Assembly: GCA_013287605.1 (NCBI GenBank)
Contig: JABDDM010000004.1
Span: forward strand, 233 to 64,232
Direction: 5' to 3'
Source: Ignavibacteria bacterium
GTDB taxonomy: Bacteria > Bacteroidota > Ignavibacteria > Palsa-1295
DNA length: 64,000 nt
Each line of letters starts with the position of its first letter. Positions within the stretch are counted from its first letter, which is position 1. The position numbers and the translations under genes are program-made. The notes beneath the pieces are model-generated. The model was given only the letters and a program-made list of their open reading frames with translations. It had not been told where the DNA came from and did not search any database. Below are positions 38,854-49,200 of this stretch, piece after piece.

Positions 38854-39540
38854 TTAGAACCCAACCATTACTCCACCGGTCCACTTGACGTCTCGAGCTT
38901 TAGGGTTGCCAGCGTTCGAAGTAGTGACGCTATTGTACACATCAACTAGTCCGAATGTATACCGGACATCGGCGAATAGCCACATGATAGGTAAGATCTT
39001 TGCCTGAAGGCCACCGCCCACGTCAAGTCCGAGATCGATGAAATTAAAGAGCGAATTCTGATCGTACGTTGTGGGTACCCCGGAAGTATCAGTAACCGTA
39101 GTAGCAGAGAGCTTAAAACCGATATTCGGTCCAATAAAGACGAATGGTGCCACCACCCAATCAGCTGGCGTTATCTTTAGTAATATCGGGGTCTGCAAAT
39201 ACGTCAGCTTTTGAATCCAGGACTCAGCGTTGCCTTGATTCGGCGAACCACTCGGAAATGTCGTGGCATCCTTAAAAGTACGCTGGACTACAAACATCTC
39301 TGACAAGATTGAAAGCGGCCCAAAGAGCGATTGTTCGTAGGCAAGGCCAAAGACATAACCAGTCGCACCCTGCGCGGTGGAATTTGGAAACGGAGAAGGC
39401 ATTGTCTGGCTTCCGGCGAAATCTTCACCACCCAGCAAGCCAATCTTAAAGCCTACTTGTGCCCTGGCGGGGATTGCAGTCACAATAAATGCGACGAGTG
39501 TGAATGCGAGTAAGAGAAATGGCTGTTTGAAGCTACGCAT
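38854..39540 (-). CDS. small outer-membrane beta-barrel protein
   Basis: Signal peptide MRSFKQPFLLLAFTLVAFIVTAIPARAQ (ATG 39540), alternating strands, terminal ...WTGGVMVGF. Confidence 0.65.
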   Translation of the reverse strand: MRSFKQPFLLLAFTLVAFIVTAIPARAQVGFKIGLLGGEDFAGSQTMPSPFPNSTAQGATGYVFGLAYEQSLFGPLSILSEMFVVQRTFKDATTFPSGSPNQGNAESWIQKLTYLQTPILLKITPADWVVAPFVFIGPNIGFKLSATTVTDTSGVPTTYDQNSLFNFIDLGLDVGGGLQAKILPIMWLFADVRYTFGLVDVYNSVTTSNAGNPKARDVKWTGGVMVGF

Positions 39541-39663
39541 GAGATTCAAGATCGTGATAATGTCTACTTCATTGTCCGAGACTGGCACGTCGCAAAGATC
39601 GGGCCTTTGAAAGGCTGTTGGCAAGGGAAGTTTCATGTATTTTCGTTCACAATAGCAATTGGA

Positions 39664-40059
39664 ATGGATCGTAAGAATATCTCCTCGAATACACCCTGGG
39701 AGCCAATCGTCGGATATTCCCGAGCAGTTCGCCTGGGAGACCACGTTTATGTTTCTGGAACAACCGCGACGGATGAGAACGGTTCAATCGTTGGAATTGG
39801 AGACCCCTTCGCACAAACAGTGCAGATCCTCAAGAATATCGAGACAGCGCTAAGGCAATGCGGCGCTCAAATGCGAGACGTGGTGCGAACCCGAATCTTC
39901 GTAACGGACATCTCACAGTGGCGGGAGATTGGCCGTGCGCATGCAGAGGTATTCTCTAACATCCTCCCTGCTACGACGATGGTCGAAGTTCAGCGACTGA
40001 TCGCGGATAACATCCTGCTCGAAATCGAAGCCGACGCCATCGTCACAAGCGTTCAGTAA
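39664..40059 (+). CDS. RidA/YjgF family protein
   Basis: WEPIVGYSRAVRLGDHVYVSGTTA...RTRIFVTDI...ATTMVEVQRL...LLEIEADA. ATG at 39664 is preferred over the track start. Confidence 0.8.
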   Translation: MDRKNISSNTPWEPIVGYSRAVRLGDHVYVSGTTATDENGSIVGIGDPFAQTVQILKNIETALRQCGAQMRDVVRTRIFVTDISQWREIGRAHAEVFSNILPATTMVEVQRLIADNILLEIEADAIVTSVQ

Positions 40060-40125
40060 CCGAACTTTGCATTTGCCGAGCATGTATATCCTTGGCATTC
40101 TGAACGCACCATCAATCTATTTGAT

Positions 40126-41823
40126 ATGAATCGAATTGTTTCTCTCGGGCTACTCGCTTTACTGCTACTGACTTCGTGTGGAAAAAAGAGCGCGACACAC
40201 ACGCTTCGCGAAGGCAAAGGCGGCAAAAAACTTGGTGGGACCTTCTACACCAACGAAACCGGAGATCTTCGCTCGGTCGATCCTCCGCAGAATAACGACG
40301 AAACAAGCTCGCATATCTCTGAAAGTCTTTACAATGGCTTGCTGGAATTCGATCAGAACTTGAATGTGATCCCCTGTCTTTCGCAGATCCCCGAAGTATC
40401 GGCAGACGGATTGACATACACCTATCACTTACGCTCGGACGTCTATTACCATGATGATCCCTGCTTCGCAAATAGCAAGGGCAGGAAGTTCGTGGCGCAG
40501 GACGTTGTCTACTGCTGGTCGCGTGCACTCGATCCCAGCACGAATACGCTTGCACTCCCCTATTTTCAGGTGATCGCCGGAGCCAACGAATACTTTAAGA
40601 GCGGGGCGACGCTTGCTGGTGGCGTTGTAGGTCTGAAAGCACCGAATGATACGACGTTTGTCGTGACGCTCGTCAGGCCGTTCTCGCCATTCTATTATTA
40701 CCCGATGCTTGGCTGCGCTTATATCTACCCACACGAAGCGATCGAAAAATACGGGAAGGACTATGCACATCACGGTGTCGGTACCGGACCATTCCAGTTT
40801 GTCGAGTACAAAGAAGGTCAGTACTGCATGGTTAAGCGAAACCCACACTATTGGGAGCATGACGCAGAGGGCAATCAACTTCCCTATCTCGACTCGATCA
40901 AGTACAGCTTCATGAAAGAAACGAAGGCGGAGTTGCTAAGCCTCGAGCAGAATTCACTTGACCATGTTTACCGCATTCCAAGTGAATTCTATAAAGATGT
41001 CGTCGATGAGAATAAGCACGCCAAGGGCAAGTACGCCAAGTATCAGGTGTTGCATATTCCCGCGATCGCCAGCCAATTTTACGGCTTCAATACGCGCGAT
41101 GGAGTTTCAAACGTTCACTTACGCCGCGCGTTTGCGTTTGCCATCGATCGCAACAAGATCATCAAGTACGTGTTGCAAGGGCAGGCTGCAGAGCCTGGAG
41201 AGCATGGTATCGTACCGCCATCGATGCCAGGCTATCCGTTTAAGACGGTGACAGGTTTCACATTCAATCTTGATTCCGCGAAGGCCGAACTCGAATTGGC
41301 AAAGAAAGAACTGAAGGGTCAGCTTCCCGATCTTACGCTGCAATACAACACGGGCGGCGGGCGAAATGAAGACGTCGCACAGGCGATCCAGTCGCAGTTG
41401 CAATCAAATCTTGGGATAAAGATCGGTCTGCATCAGGTCGAATGGGCACAGCACACAGCGATGATCGACGAAGGAAAGGCAAAGTTCTTTCGATTGGGAT
41501 GGATCGCAGATTATCCGGATCCGCAGAATTTCCTGAATCTGCTTTATGGAAAAAATATTCCGGCAACCGGGCCGAGTTCGATCAACTCAACTCGCTACAG
41601 CAACCCCGAATTTGATAAACGCTATGAAGCCGCAATTGCGGCGACGGACCGTGCTGAGGTCAACAGAATCTGGGCGGAGGCCGAGAGTATCGCAATGCAC
41701 GATGCTCCAATGCTCGTCATCTACTACGATGAAGATTATCACATCCTTCAACCCGATGTGAAAGACTTCCCGCTAAACGCGATGAACCGCCTGGTGTTCA
41801 CCCATACGTGGTTCAATGATTGA
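40126..41823 (+). CDS. ABC transporter substrate-binding lipoprotein, family 5 (peptide/nickel type)
   Basis: Lipobox LLLLTSC. Family-5 SBP-like sequence (ESLYNGLLEFD..., RLGWIADYPDPQNFL). No cognate permease or ATPase gene is adjacent. Confidence 0.85.
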   Translation: MNRIVSLGLLALLLLTSCGKKSATHTLREGKGGKKLGGTFYTNETGDLRSVDPPQNNDETSSHISESLYNGLLEFDQNLNVIPCLSQIPEVSADGLTYTYHLRSDVYYHDDPCFANSKGRKFVAQDVVYCWSRALDPSTNTLALPYFQVIAGANEYFKSGATLAGGVVGLKAPNDTTFVVTLVRPFSPFYYYPMLGCAYIYPHEAIEKYGKDYAHHGVGTGPFQFVEYKEGQYCMVKRNPHYWEHDAEGNQLPYLDSIKYSFMKETKAELLSLEQNSLDHVYRIPSEFYKDVVDENKHAKGKYAKYQVLHIPAIASQFYGFNTRDGVSNVHLRRAFAFAIDRNKIIKYVLQGQAAEPGEHGIVPPSMPGYPFKTVTGFTFNLDSAKAELELAKKELKGQLPDLTLQYNTGGGRNEDVAQAIQSQLQSNLGIKIGLHQVEWAQHTAMIDEGKAKFFRLGWIADYPDPQNFLNLLYGKNIPATGPSSINSTRYSNPEFDKRYEAAIAATDRAEVNRIWAEAESIAMHDAPMLVIYYDEDYHILQPDVKDFPLNAMNRLVFTHTWFND

Positions 41824-41844
41824 GGAGAGGATTAAAGAGATCAA

Positions 41845-41875
41845 GAATGTCCGGTCAGAGTTCGACCGGACATTC
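41845..41875. terminator. bidirectional hairpin terminator between convergent genes
   Basis: 12-bp perfect stem GAATGTCCGGTC / GACCGGACATTC with a 7-nt loop, followed by CTTTCT on plus. Confidence 0.6.
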
Positions 41876-41879
41876 CTTT

Positions 41880-42716
41880 CTAATGCTGAACAATCAATTT
41901 AGACGACGCAATGAGCGAAGAGCCGGAACGGACCTTTACGAAGTAGATGCCGTTCGGCAGAGCGTTAGTAGCAACGCTTACATCATTGCTCCCGCGATCA
42001 AGTGTCACTGAAGCAGATGAACGACGGCGTCCAGCTACATCATAAACTTCTATCGTGGATTCCTGATGACGATCGACGGAGATGGAAAGATTCGCTTGCC
42101 GATTGCTTGGGTTTGGCGAGATGCTGAGTGCCTGTGCAACATCAATGCTTGGTTCGACACCACGAGCCGGCGCAAGTTTGAGGATGTACTTTGGTGCCCA
42201 ATTCCAGAGATCAGAGCAATCACTACCAGAGCTTCCATCGCCATTTACTGCGTTGCCCGTTGCGTAGAGTGTGTCAGTGGTTGCGCCGATCGGAGCTTTA
42301 TAGTTAAACAACCAAGTTGCTGATCCCGAGTTAAGCACCTTCGGACCATTCTGATAAAGCTGTCCCGAATTTGAGCCGAGTCCGTCATTTTTGATGGTGG
42401 TCAATGTTCCCTTCCACACAGAGACGTTCACACCTGCAAGCAATTCTGACGCGTTGGAGACCTTAACCTGAAACTGATAAGTGCCGCCCTGAACGAAGGT
42501 CGTATCGAGAACGACAGGACTGAAGGATACTTGAGTTGCATTATCCGACTGCGGACAATGACAGGTACATCCCTGAATGTTATCTCCGGGACGATTCGTC
42601 GTTTGAATTATCCCGCCAGGATAGCTCGAGGCCTTGAATGTCACATAAAACACACTCAAAACAAAACAAGCTGCGATCCAGAAAGAGCGAGATCTATAAA
42701 TAGTAAACAATTTCAT
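41880..42716 (-). CDS. secreted protein: GCTCHC-motif N-terminal module + T9SS C-terminal sorting domain
   Basis: Signal/anchor MKLFTIYRSRSFWIAACFVLSVFYVTF. GCTCHC at nt 42555-42572. The module is paralogous to the N-terminus of the next gene. CTD is ...SISPNPSNRQANLSI...IEVYDVAGRR...LPNGIYFVKV...KLIVQH. Confidence 0.65.
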   Translation of the reverse strand: MKLFTIYRSRSFWIAACFVLSVFYVTFKASSYPGGIIQTTNRPGDNIQGCTCHCPQSDNATQVSFSPVVLDTTFVQGGTYQFQVKVSNASELLAGVNVSVWKGTLTTIKNDGLGSNSGQLYQNGPKVLNSGSATWLFNYKAPIGATTDTLYATGNAVNGDGSSGSDCSDLWNWAPKYILKLAPARGVEPSIDVAQALSISPNPSNRQANLSISVDRHQESTIEVYDVAGRRRSSASVTLDRGSNDVSVATNALPNGIYFVKVRSGSSLIASSKLIVQH

Positions 42717-42851
42717 GAATGATACAGAAAAGCACAAACTACTTGTTAAGACACAGATTCCTGCGCTTAGGATACACCAATATTTACACCAGCCTTTGAG
42801 TGCCCGAGCAAATCAAGAACGCCATCCTGGGTTGAAATTACACCCAAGCTT

Positions 42852-42883
42852 AAAACAAAAGGCCGCCAAACTGGCGGCCTTTT
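42852..42883 (-). terminator. rho-independent terminator after the 1031-aa adhesin-like gene
   Basis: GGCCGCC-AAACT-GGCGGCC (42861-42879) flanked by A4/T4. The minus strand reads AAAAGGCCGCCAGTTTGGCGGCCTTTTGTTTT. Confidence 0.65.
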
Positions 42884-42895
42884 GAAGCAAATGAC

Positions 42896-45800
42896 TCAAT
42901 GCTGCACAATAATGCGCGCGGATGCGGTAATCGATTCTCCAGCAAACGATTTCCCACTTGTACGAACGATGTAAATTCCGTTCGGTGCGGCCTCGCCTGA
43001 AGCGTTGCGTCCATTCCAAATCCACTGCCCCGTGACGCTGTGTGCCTCGGCGACAACCCGTCCCATGAGATCGAGCACTTGCGCATCGGCTAAACGAATG
43101 CCTTCAAAGTTGAATGCAATCTGACCGTGCGTTGGATTCGGGTTCGCTGTGATCGAGAAGCTCTTTGGCTGAAGCGATGCGACGCCTGAAGTAGTAAGTG
43201 TTCCTGTGATCGGATAAAGCGTACTTGTAATCCCCTGCTCACTCATGACGACAAGTGTGTCGAGATACGTACCAGCCTGAGACTCGAGCAATGAAATGCG
43301 AACATAGATCGAAGCCTGATCAGCCAGTAAGAATGGAATCGTTGAATCCGGAGACGTGAGAGTCTCAGAATAATGAGTGCCGCTCATAAGCCCGACACCA
43401 TCGATCTTCACTCGATGCCCCGAATTATTCGTAATCTTCGAGATCCACGATTTTGCACCATCTGATTTCAGCGTGATCACTATGTTCTCTGTCGAAGCCG
43501 AAACGAGCTGAAGGTTTGTCGTATCCGGTAGGATTGGTCCGACTGATCTGCCGACTCCGTGAAGTGTGACATCCGTCGTCTTACCGTCACTCTTTGAGAT
43601 CGTAAGTTTCGCTGAAAATTGGCCTGCTCCAGGTGGATCGAATGAGACCACAACATTCAGTTTCCCTGCGGTTTGCAAGGTCGCCGGCAGTGCAGGCAAT
43701 GTTGACTTCACGCCAAACATACTCGCATTTGCGCCTGTAATCGCCACAGACTGAATCGTCACCCCTGCTGTCCCGGTATTTGTAATGTCTACCGGCGAGG
43801 TTACAGTCTTCCCCGAATCAACAGTGCCAAAATCGAGGCTGGCGGGCGAGATGCTCAGTGCTCCCTCCAAACCATGTCCTGCGAGTCCGATCGTCAATGT
43901 ATGTGCGTTCGGATCATCCGTCGTCAGCGTGAGCGTACCAGAGTAGTTTTGGGCTGCAGTCGGCTTGAACGAAAGCGTGACATGAATGCTCGAGTTACCT
44001 GCGATGGTATGACTGACCGAGTCCTTCACACTAAAGACACCGCTCGCATCCGTCAGTGTATACTTAAGAATATTGACACCAGCCGCGCCGGTATTTTGGA
44101 GCGTGATGATCGTGTCGTGCGAAGTTTGCGTAGCAACACCCAGGAAATCAACGTTCGATGGAATGTTGAGAGCGCTATTGATACCCGCGCCCTTCAGATA
44201 TACCACCGTCGAGGGTTTGTTGAGATCGTCGCTCGCAATCGCGACCGAACCGGTGAACGAGCCAACAGTCGTTGGTGCGAAGTTAATTGAAACGATCGCG
44301 CTTGTTCCCACATCCACACTCGACGGTTTTGACTTGAGTGAGAATGGCGGCGAAGGCAATGGGACTGCGCTCGCAAGATTGAGCACATCGGTCCCTGTGT
44401 TTTGAACCGTAATACCCCGCGAAGCAGGAGCTGCGTTGATTCGTACGCTGCCAAAGTCGAGCGTATCTGCCGGCTGCACAGCAATGTGCGGAGCAAGCCC
44501 TTGTGCGATGACCGTAACGTTCGAAGTCGGATTCGCGGCATCATCAGTTGCGATCGCGATGCTTGCAGTGTCGAATTTTTCAGCAAGTGGAGAATAGTTT
44601 ATCAGTACTACTCCCTGTCCGCTTGGAGCGATCACTGGCGAAAAGTTTGAGATACTAAATCGTGCTGCGTTGCTGCCCGAGAGCGTAACTCCCGAAACGT
44701 GTAAGGAATCTGTGCCCGTGTTGCGAATAATGACACTCCCTTGCGTCTGTGCGTTGACGCGGACTCCACCGATGTTCGTCGGAGAAGTCACAGCAATCGT
44801 TGGAGCAATGCCAGTACCGGACAACGCTACCGTCGGAATCGTAAAGCCAGGCGCGCTAAGTGTGAGCGTGCCATTGTAAGTCGTTTTTGCAACTGGACTG
44901 AATCGCACTACCACCGAATCAGTCACGCCCGGAGGAAGCGCCAACCTCGTCGGCTGCGTTGCGATGGCAAATCCGCTACCGGAAATACTAGGAGACTGCA
45001 TGAACAGCGTATCGTCACCCGTATTCGAATAGACGAAGCCCTTCAATTTTGTCTGATTCGTTCGCAAGTTTGCAAACGCCAGCGTGTTGCCGCCGGAATA
45101 GATGGCCTGGATACCTGTGCCATTGAGGTAAACGGCCTTGCGCTGATCGGCAGGCGCGTCAACATCAGATGTAATGATGAGCGAATCGGTGTAACTTCCG
45201 CGCCCTGTGGGCGCAAAATAAATTGTGTCGATCTCCTGCGTACCATTGGCGATCGAGCGACTGCTCGTTGTTGGATAGCGGCTGAACGCAGTACCGGTCT
45301 TAAGCGACGTGTTAACCGTGATTGATGCCGTGCTCGTTGAACGGAGCTGCATCGTATCTTTCTTTGTCCTGCCAACGCGCAAATTCCCCATTGAAATCGA
45401 ATTGCGGCTAAGAGTGATCGCCTTCGTCACTGGTAAATCGACAACTGTGATCACATACTTCGGCGAGAAATTCCAAACATCGGTGCAGTTGCCTCCGCCG
45501 TTACTTCCGTCGAGATTCACAGCGTTACCAGTACCAAAGAGTGTGTCGGTGCCGCTTGTTGATGGAGCGGTATAGGTAAATGACCAACTTGCTGGCAGCG
45601 ATGTCGCTGCAGCACTGTGCGTCAATTCATTATTGATGACCTGCGACCCTGTTCCTGCAGTGAGCGTGCCTCGCTGAACCGCTACCTCGACGCCCGCTCC
45701 AGATTCTGACGAATTCGAAACCGTAACAGTGTACGTATACGAATGACCAGTATAGATCGTCGTTGCGGCCGTAGAAAATGATACCGTGGTGGAAGAATTC

Positions 45801-45991
45801 GCCGACGCACAATGACATGTACATCCTGAAGTGTTGCCACCTTTTTGAGTAAGCCCAGCGATATTCTGCCCATTCGAATGGGCATTTGCTTGATAGATGA
45901 CATAAACCCCTGCCAGGAGCATTGTCATGCCGATCCAGAGGCTTCGTAAAAACGCCTTTCGCATGAACGACCGAGTATCAACGATTTTCAT
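42896..45991 (-). CDS. large surface protein: GCTCHC-motif module + at least 6 tandem Ig-like (ASH/choice-of-anchor-D-like) domains + T9SS C-terminal sorting domain
   Basis: GCTCHC at nt 45809-45826. Repeats of the type LDFG.V......I.I.NTG...L.I......G.....F. CTD is ...FSITANPNPTHGQIAFNF...LDLMGRVV...APNGIYIVRTSGKSF...ARIIVQH. Confidence 0.75.
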   Translation of the reverse strand: MKIVDTRSFMRKAFLRSLWIGMTMLLAGVYVIYQANAHSNGQNIAGLTQKGGNTSGCTCHCASANSSTTVSFSTAATTIYTGHSYTYTVTVSNSSESGAGVEVAVQRGTLTAGTGSQVINNELTHSAAATSLPASWSFTYTAPSTSGTDTLFGTGNAVNLDGSNGGGNCTDVWNFSPKYVITVVDLPVTKAITLSRNSISMGNLRVGRTKKDTMQLRSTSTASITVNTSLKTGTAFSRYPTTSSRSIANGTQEIDTIYFAPTGRGSYTDSLIITSDVDAPADQRKAVYLNGTGIQAIYSGGNTLAFANLRTNQTKLKGFVYSNTGDDTLFMQSPSISGSGFAIATQPTRLALPPGVTDSVVVRFSPVAKTTYNGTLTLSAPGFTIPTVALSGTGIAPTIAVTSPTNIGGVRVNAQTQGSVIIRNTGTDSLHVSGVTLSGSNAARFSISNFSPVIAPSGQGVVLINYSPLAEKFDTASIAIATDDAANPTSNVTVIAQGLAPHIAVQPADTLDFGSVRINAAPASRGITVQNTGTDVLNLASAVPLPSPPFSLKSKPSSVDVGTSAIVSINFAPTTVGSFTGSVAIASDDLNKPSTVVYLKGAGINSALNIPSNVDFLGVATQTSHDTIITLQNTGAAGVNILKYTLTDASGVFSVKDSVSHTIAGNSSIHVTLSFKPTAAQNYSGTLTLTTDDPNAHTLTIGLAGHGLEGALSISPASLDFGTVDSGKTVTSPVDITNTGTAGVTIQSVAITGANASMFGVKSTLPALPATLQTAGKLNVVVSFDPPGAGQFSAKLTISKSDGKTTDVTLHGVGRSVGPILPDTTNLQLVSASTENIVITLKSDGAKSWISKITNNSGHRVKIDGVGLMSGTHYSETLTSPDSTIPFLLADQASIYVRISLLESQAGTYLDTLVVMSEQGITSTLYPITGTLTTSGVASLQPKSFSITANPNPTHGQIAFNFEGIRLADAQVLDLMGRVVAEAHSVTGQWIWNGRNASGEAAPNGIYIVRTSGKSFAGESITASARIIVQH

Positions 45992-46231
45992 AGAATGGAA
46001 TGTGAAAGATTACAACACCTCAAACCCGCGGTGAGCAGCAGCAGAAGCCAACACAAAAAAGGCGGAGTGGAGCGCATAGGAGTGACACGGGGAAGACAAC
46101 GCTTGTTACAACGAACTCAAACTACCGAGGACTTAGCTCCTTTCCGAGCTGATTTCTCGAATAAAGATAGACTAACGCATATAATAAAATTGTTTATATT
46201 GTACGAGGACGTTCCCACTTGACTCCTGCGC

Positions 46232-46253
46232 AAAGAGAAAGCAGCGGCGCTGC
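46232..46253 (-). terminator. possible terminator after the patatin-like gene
   Basis: Minus strand GCAGC-GCC-GCTGC followed by TTTCTCTTT. The stem is short, so this is weak. Confidence 0.35.
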
Positions 46254-46265
46254 CCAGAAGATCGG

Positions 46266-49200
46266 TTAGAGTTGACTCGGTCGAGCGTAGAGCTTCGAGA
46301 GTAACCCAAAGAGGTTTTTAATATGATCAGCATCATACCCTTCTAGCGCATTCGATCCAGTTGCCTCAACAGTGTACTTCTGTGCAATTTCGAGTGCTTG
46401 CATCACGCTTCGATCTCCGAGCTTGCGATAGCTCTCGAATTCGGCTTCATCGAACCACTGATTTGGCAGCGAGTTATCAGGGAAGGCATCGTTCTCGCGT
46501 TTGTACTGCAGAACATCTACCTTTTCGCTTGCCGTCATCGATGGTTTGATCACGATGATCGTACCTTGCCTGCTATCGCGGTCTGTGTTACGCCAACCCA
46601 ATTCTGTTACATGCGCTTCGGAGTACGTGATCTTGCCGACGATAAAATGTTGGGCGTTGTTTCCATCGGCACCCGGAATGAGCGGCGTTAGATCGAGGTC
46701 GAACTCGGCACCGAAGTCAATGCGAGCACGACGAATGGCGTTTCCAAGATCGTCAAACGAAGGTGGGTCCCTATCCGCACCATTATCGCAAACCACGATG
46801 AACTTGCAAGCCCGCTGGATCAACGGATAGAGTCCTGTATTATCAAAGTGCCCTCCATCCGTGAGATAACAATAGGTAGTCTGCTCATTTGTCTGACTCA
46901 GCAGTTCGCGGATCATATAATACGGCCACAGTCTCGGCTGCGGCGATTTCCAGTGAGCTTTGTTGGGAGTGGGCGCCCAATAGCCGAGACGAATATTGAG
47001 CAAGGACATGAGCATCACAAGCGAACTTCCCGGCGTCTTGAAGCCCATATTCGGACTAGCTGCAGCGCCAGAAGTCGAGACCGCCGTACCAAGCGTCAGC
47101 TTCCCCGCCATGTATTCATCGGTCTTGCGATACCCTGTTCGCATTGAGCCGCAGTAGCGCTTACTCATGAGAAAGGAATCGGAACGGCGTTGCGCGGTTG
47201 CAAGATCGTTGCCCGCAACCAGATTCAATGTCGTCTGGATCAGGTGGAGCGGCCCTCCCTGGCTGCAGTTCTCAAGGTCTTTGAGATTAATGTCGTCATT
47301 TTGCACAGCATCATATATCTCCTCCTGGGAATCACCTCGCTCACGATTGGAGGCACCGAGATAGGCACGTACCAGCCTTGCTTTGTAGAATGTATGAATC
47401 GAGATCGCATTCGGGTCGATCATCCACCCCACGACTGCAACAAACGAGATCGCGAGCGATATTAATGTGACGGTCGAAGCCATTAATGAAAGCCGTGTAC
47501 TCGGCGTGGTGACGAAAAAGCTAAGCATCTGCATGAGCGTAAGGAGCGAATAGAGCAAAGCGAGCGTCGCAAATGTTCGAACGTTACGCTTCGAGCGCGC
47601 ATAGCGAATCTCGAACAGTATGAACGTGAGGACGATGATAAGGCCTGCGCAGCTCAGGAGCGCGATCTCCGGGGTATCAGCTCTATATCGCTGTGACACA
47701 TCGATCAAATGATCTACCAATTCGTTGACACCTGCGGCCAACAAAAGCAAACCAACCAGAAACATCGGTTTATGACCCTTTAACCAAAGGGACATTCTTG
47801 CAAGCGGCCGATTTACACGCGTTGGACTGAGACCGGTCGGATAGTACAGAACTACCCGATATACCAGCCCCGCACCGATCATGATAACCACGACAAACCA
47901 GTAAGCGGCAAGGTCATCGTCGATTCTCTTTGTCGGATTCTGCAAAGCCAAATAGATCGCGGCCGCTGCAATTACAAGAGCAACCGAAATCAGCGACCAT
48001 CGCCAACGACGAGCATCCGTACCCTCTTCCCATTCGATCTCCGTCGCTGCATAAAAGAACAGCACAGAAATCCCAACGAATGCAAGTCGCGTTAATAGGT
48101 GGTAAGCGGTGGCGTCCATCTTGTCCATGCTTCCGAGCAGATTGGTAGTGAGCCATGACGACTCCGCCAGCATTACCAGGAGTACCAGCGTGGGAGCGAC
48201 GAGAAGTATTAGATTGCGAAATCCAGAAGGCGCCTGTTGTTTTGTATGGTCGGATCCTCCCTTGGGTGAAACGACAACCGAAGTATAGATCGCGGCTGCG
48301 AGCGAGGCAAGGATCGCTAGCGGACCTCCATTCTGAAGAATGGCTTTCCCAAACAATCCCTCGGGATTGCTTTGGTCGATGATAACGCGCATCATATAGC
48401 CGCCGAATCCGGCAAAGAGCAGCACGACGAAGGTTATCGCAAATGTCACAAGCAACGTCGCATGCTTATTTACGATGCGATTGCGAAGGATCTCCTTAAA
48501 CGAATGTCCCTGAATCTTCGCATCAAGCAAGTCAGGTTTTTTCTTGAACACATTGATCAATAGTCCATACGCTATGATGAACCAAAGTGTTGCGCCGAAG
48601 CCGATATGATACGGGTGCTGTTGGACGTATTTCCACATTGCGGAGAAGCCAACGCCCTGCAGACGGAACAGCCACAGAATCAACAAAGCTACAACGAAGC
48701 CCGTGGCTGGCGCGACTCCGAGGATCCGACGACGCGTACGAGGGGCATTATCTCGTACACATTGCATCCATGCGGTCGTCAGCATGACGATCCAACCGAA
48801 GATCGCCAGGAGAGGCCAAAGGGCAAACTCGGCTCGGTTAATCAAATAATAATTTCCAGCACGCTTTACATAATTGAGAGAGTCCTCAGTGTTAAGTGAT
48901 ACGATCCTGGCGTGGTATAATCGCGATTTCTCGCTGTCTGCCTTCGCCGAATCACGGCGAGCAAGTTTTATCTGCGATGCGATGGAGTCTTTGAAACTCG
49001 CGAGCGCCACTGCGTCGCGATTGAGGAACTCGGTAGAATATGGCGTCCTTCCTTTCGGAAATGTGAACTCGATATTCGATTCAGGTTGCAGCGTGAAGTA
49101 GAACTGACCAACAAGAAGTGCTGCAATGAGGATCGGAACAAAAACAAGCCAAGTCAATACGAGATTGCGGGAGATCACAGCAGTCGCCCGCCATGTATCC

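Noticed and set aside
45809-45826. Reading GCTCHC as a c-type heme attachment site.
   Set aside because: Canonical heme c sites are CXXCH (variants CX3-4CH, CXXCK). C-T-C-H has only one spacer residue, which is not a known attachment motif. Metal binding or disulfides are more plausible.
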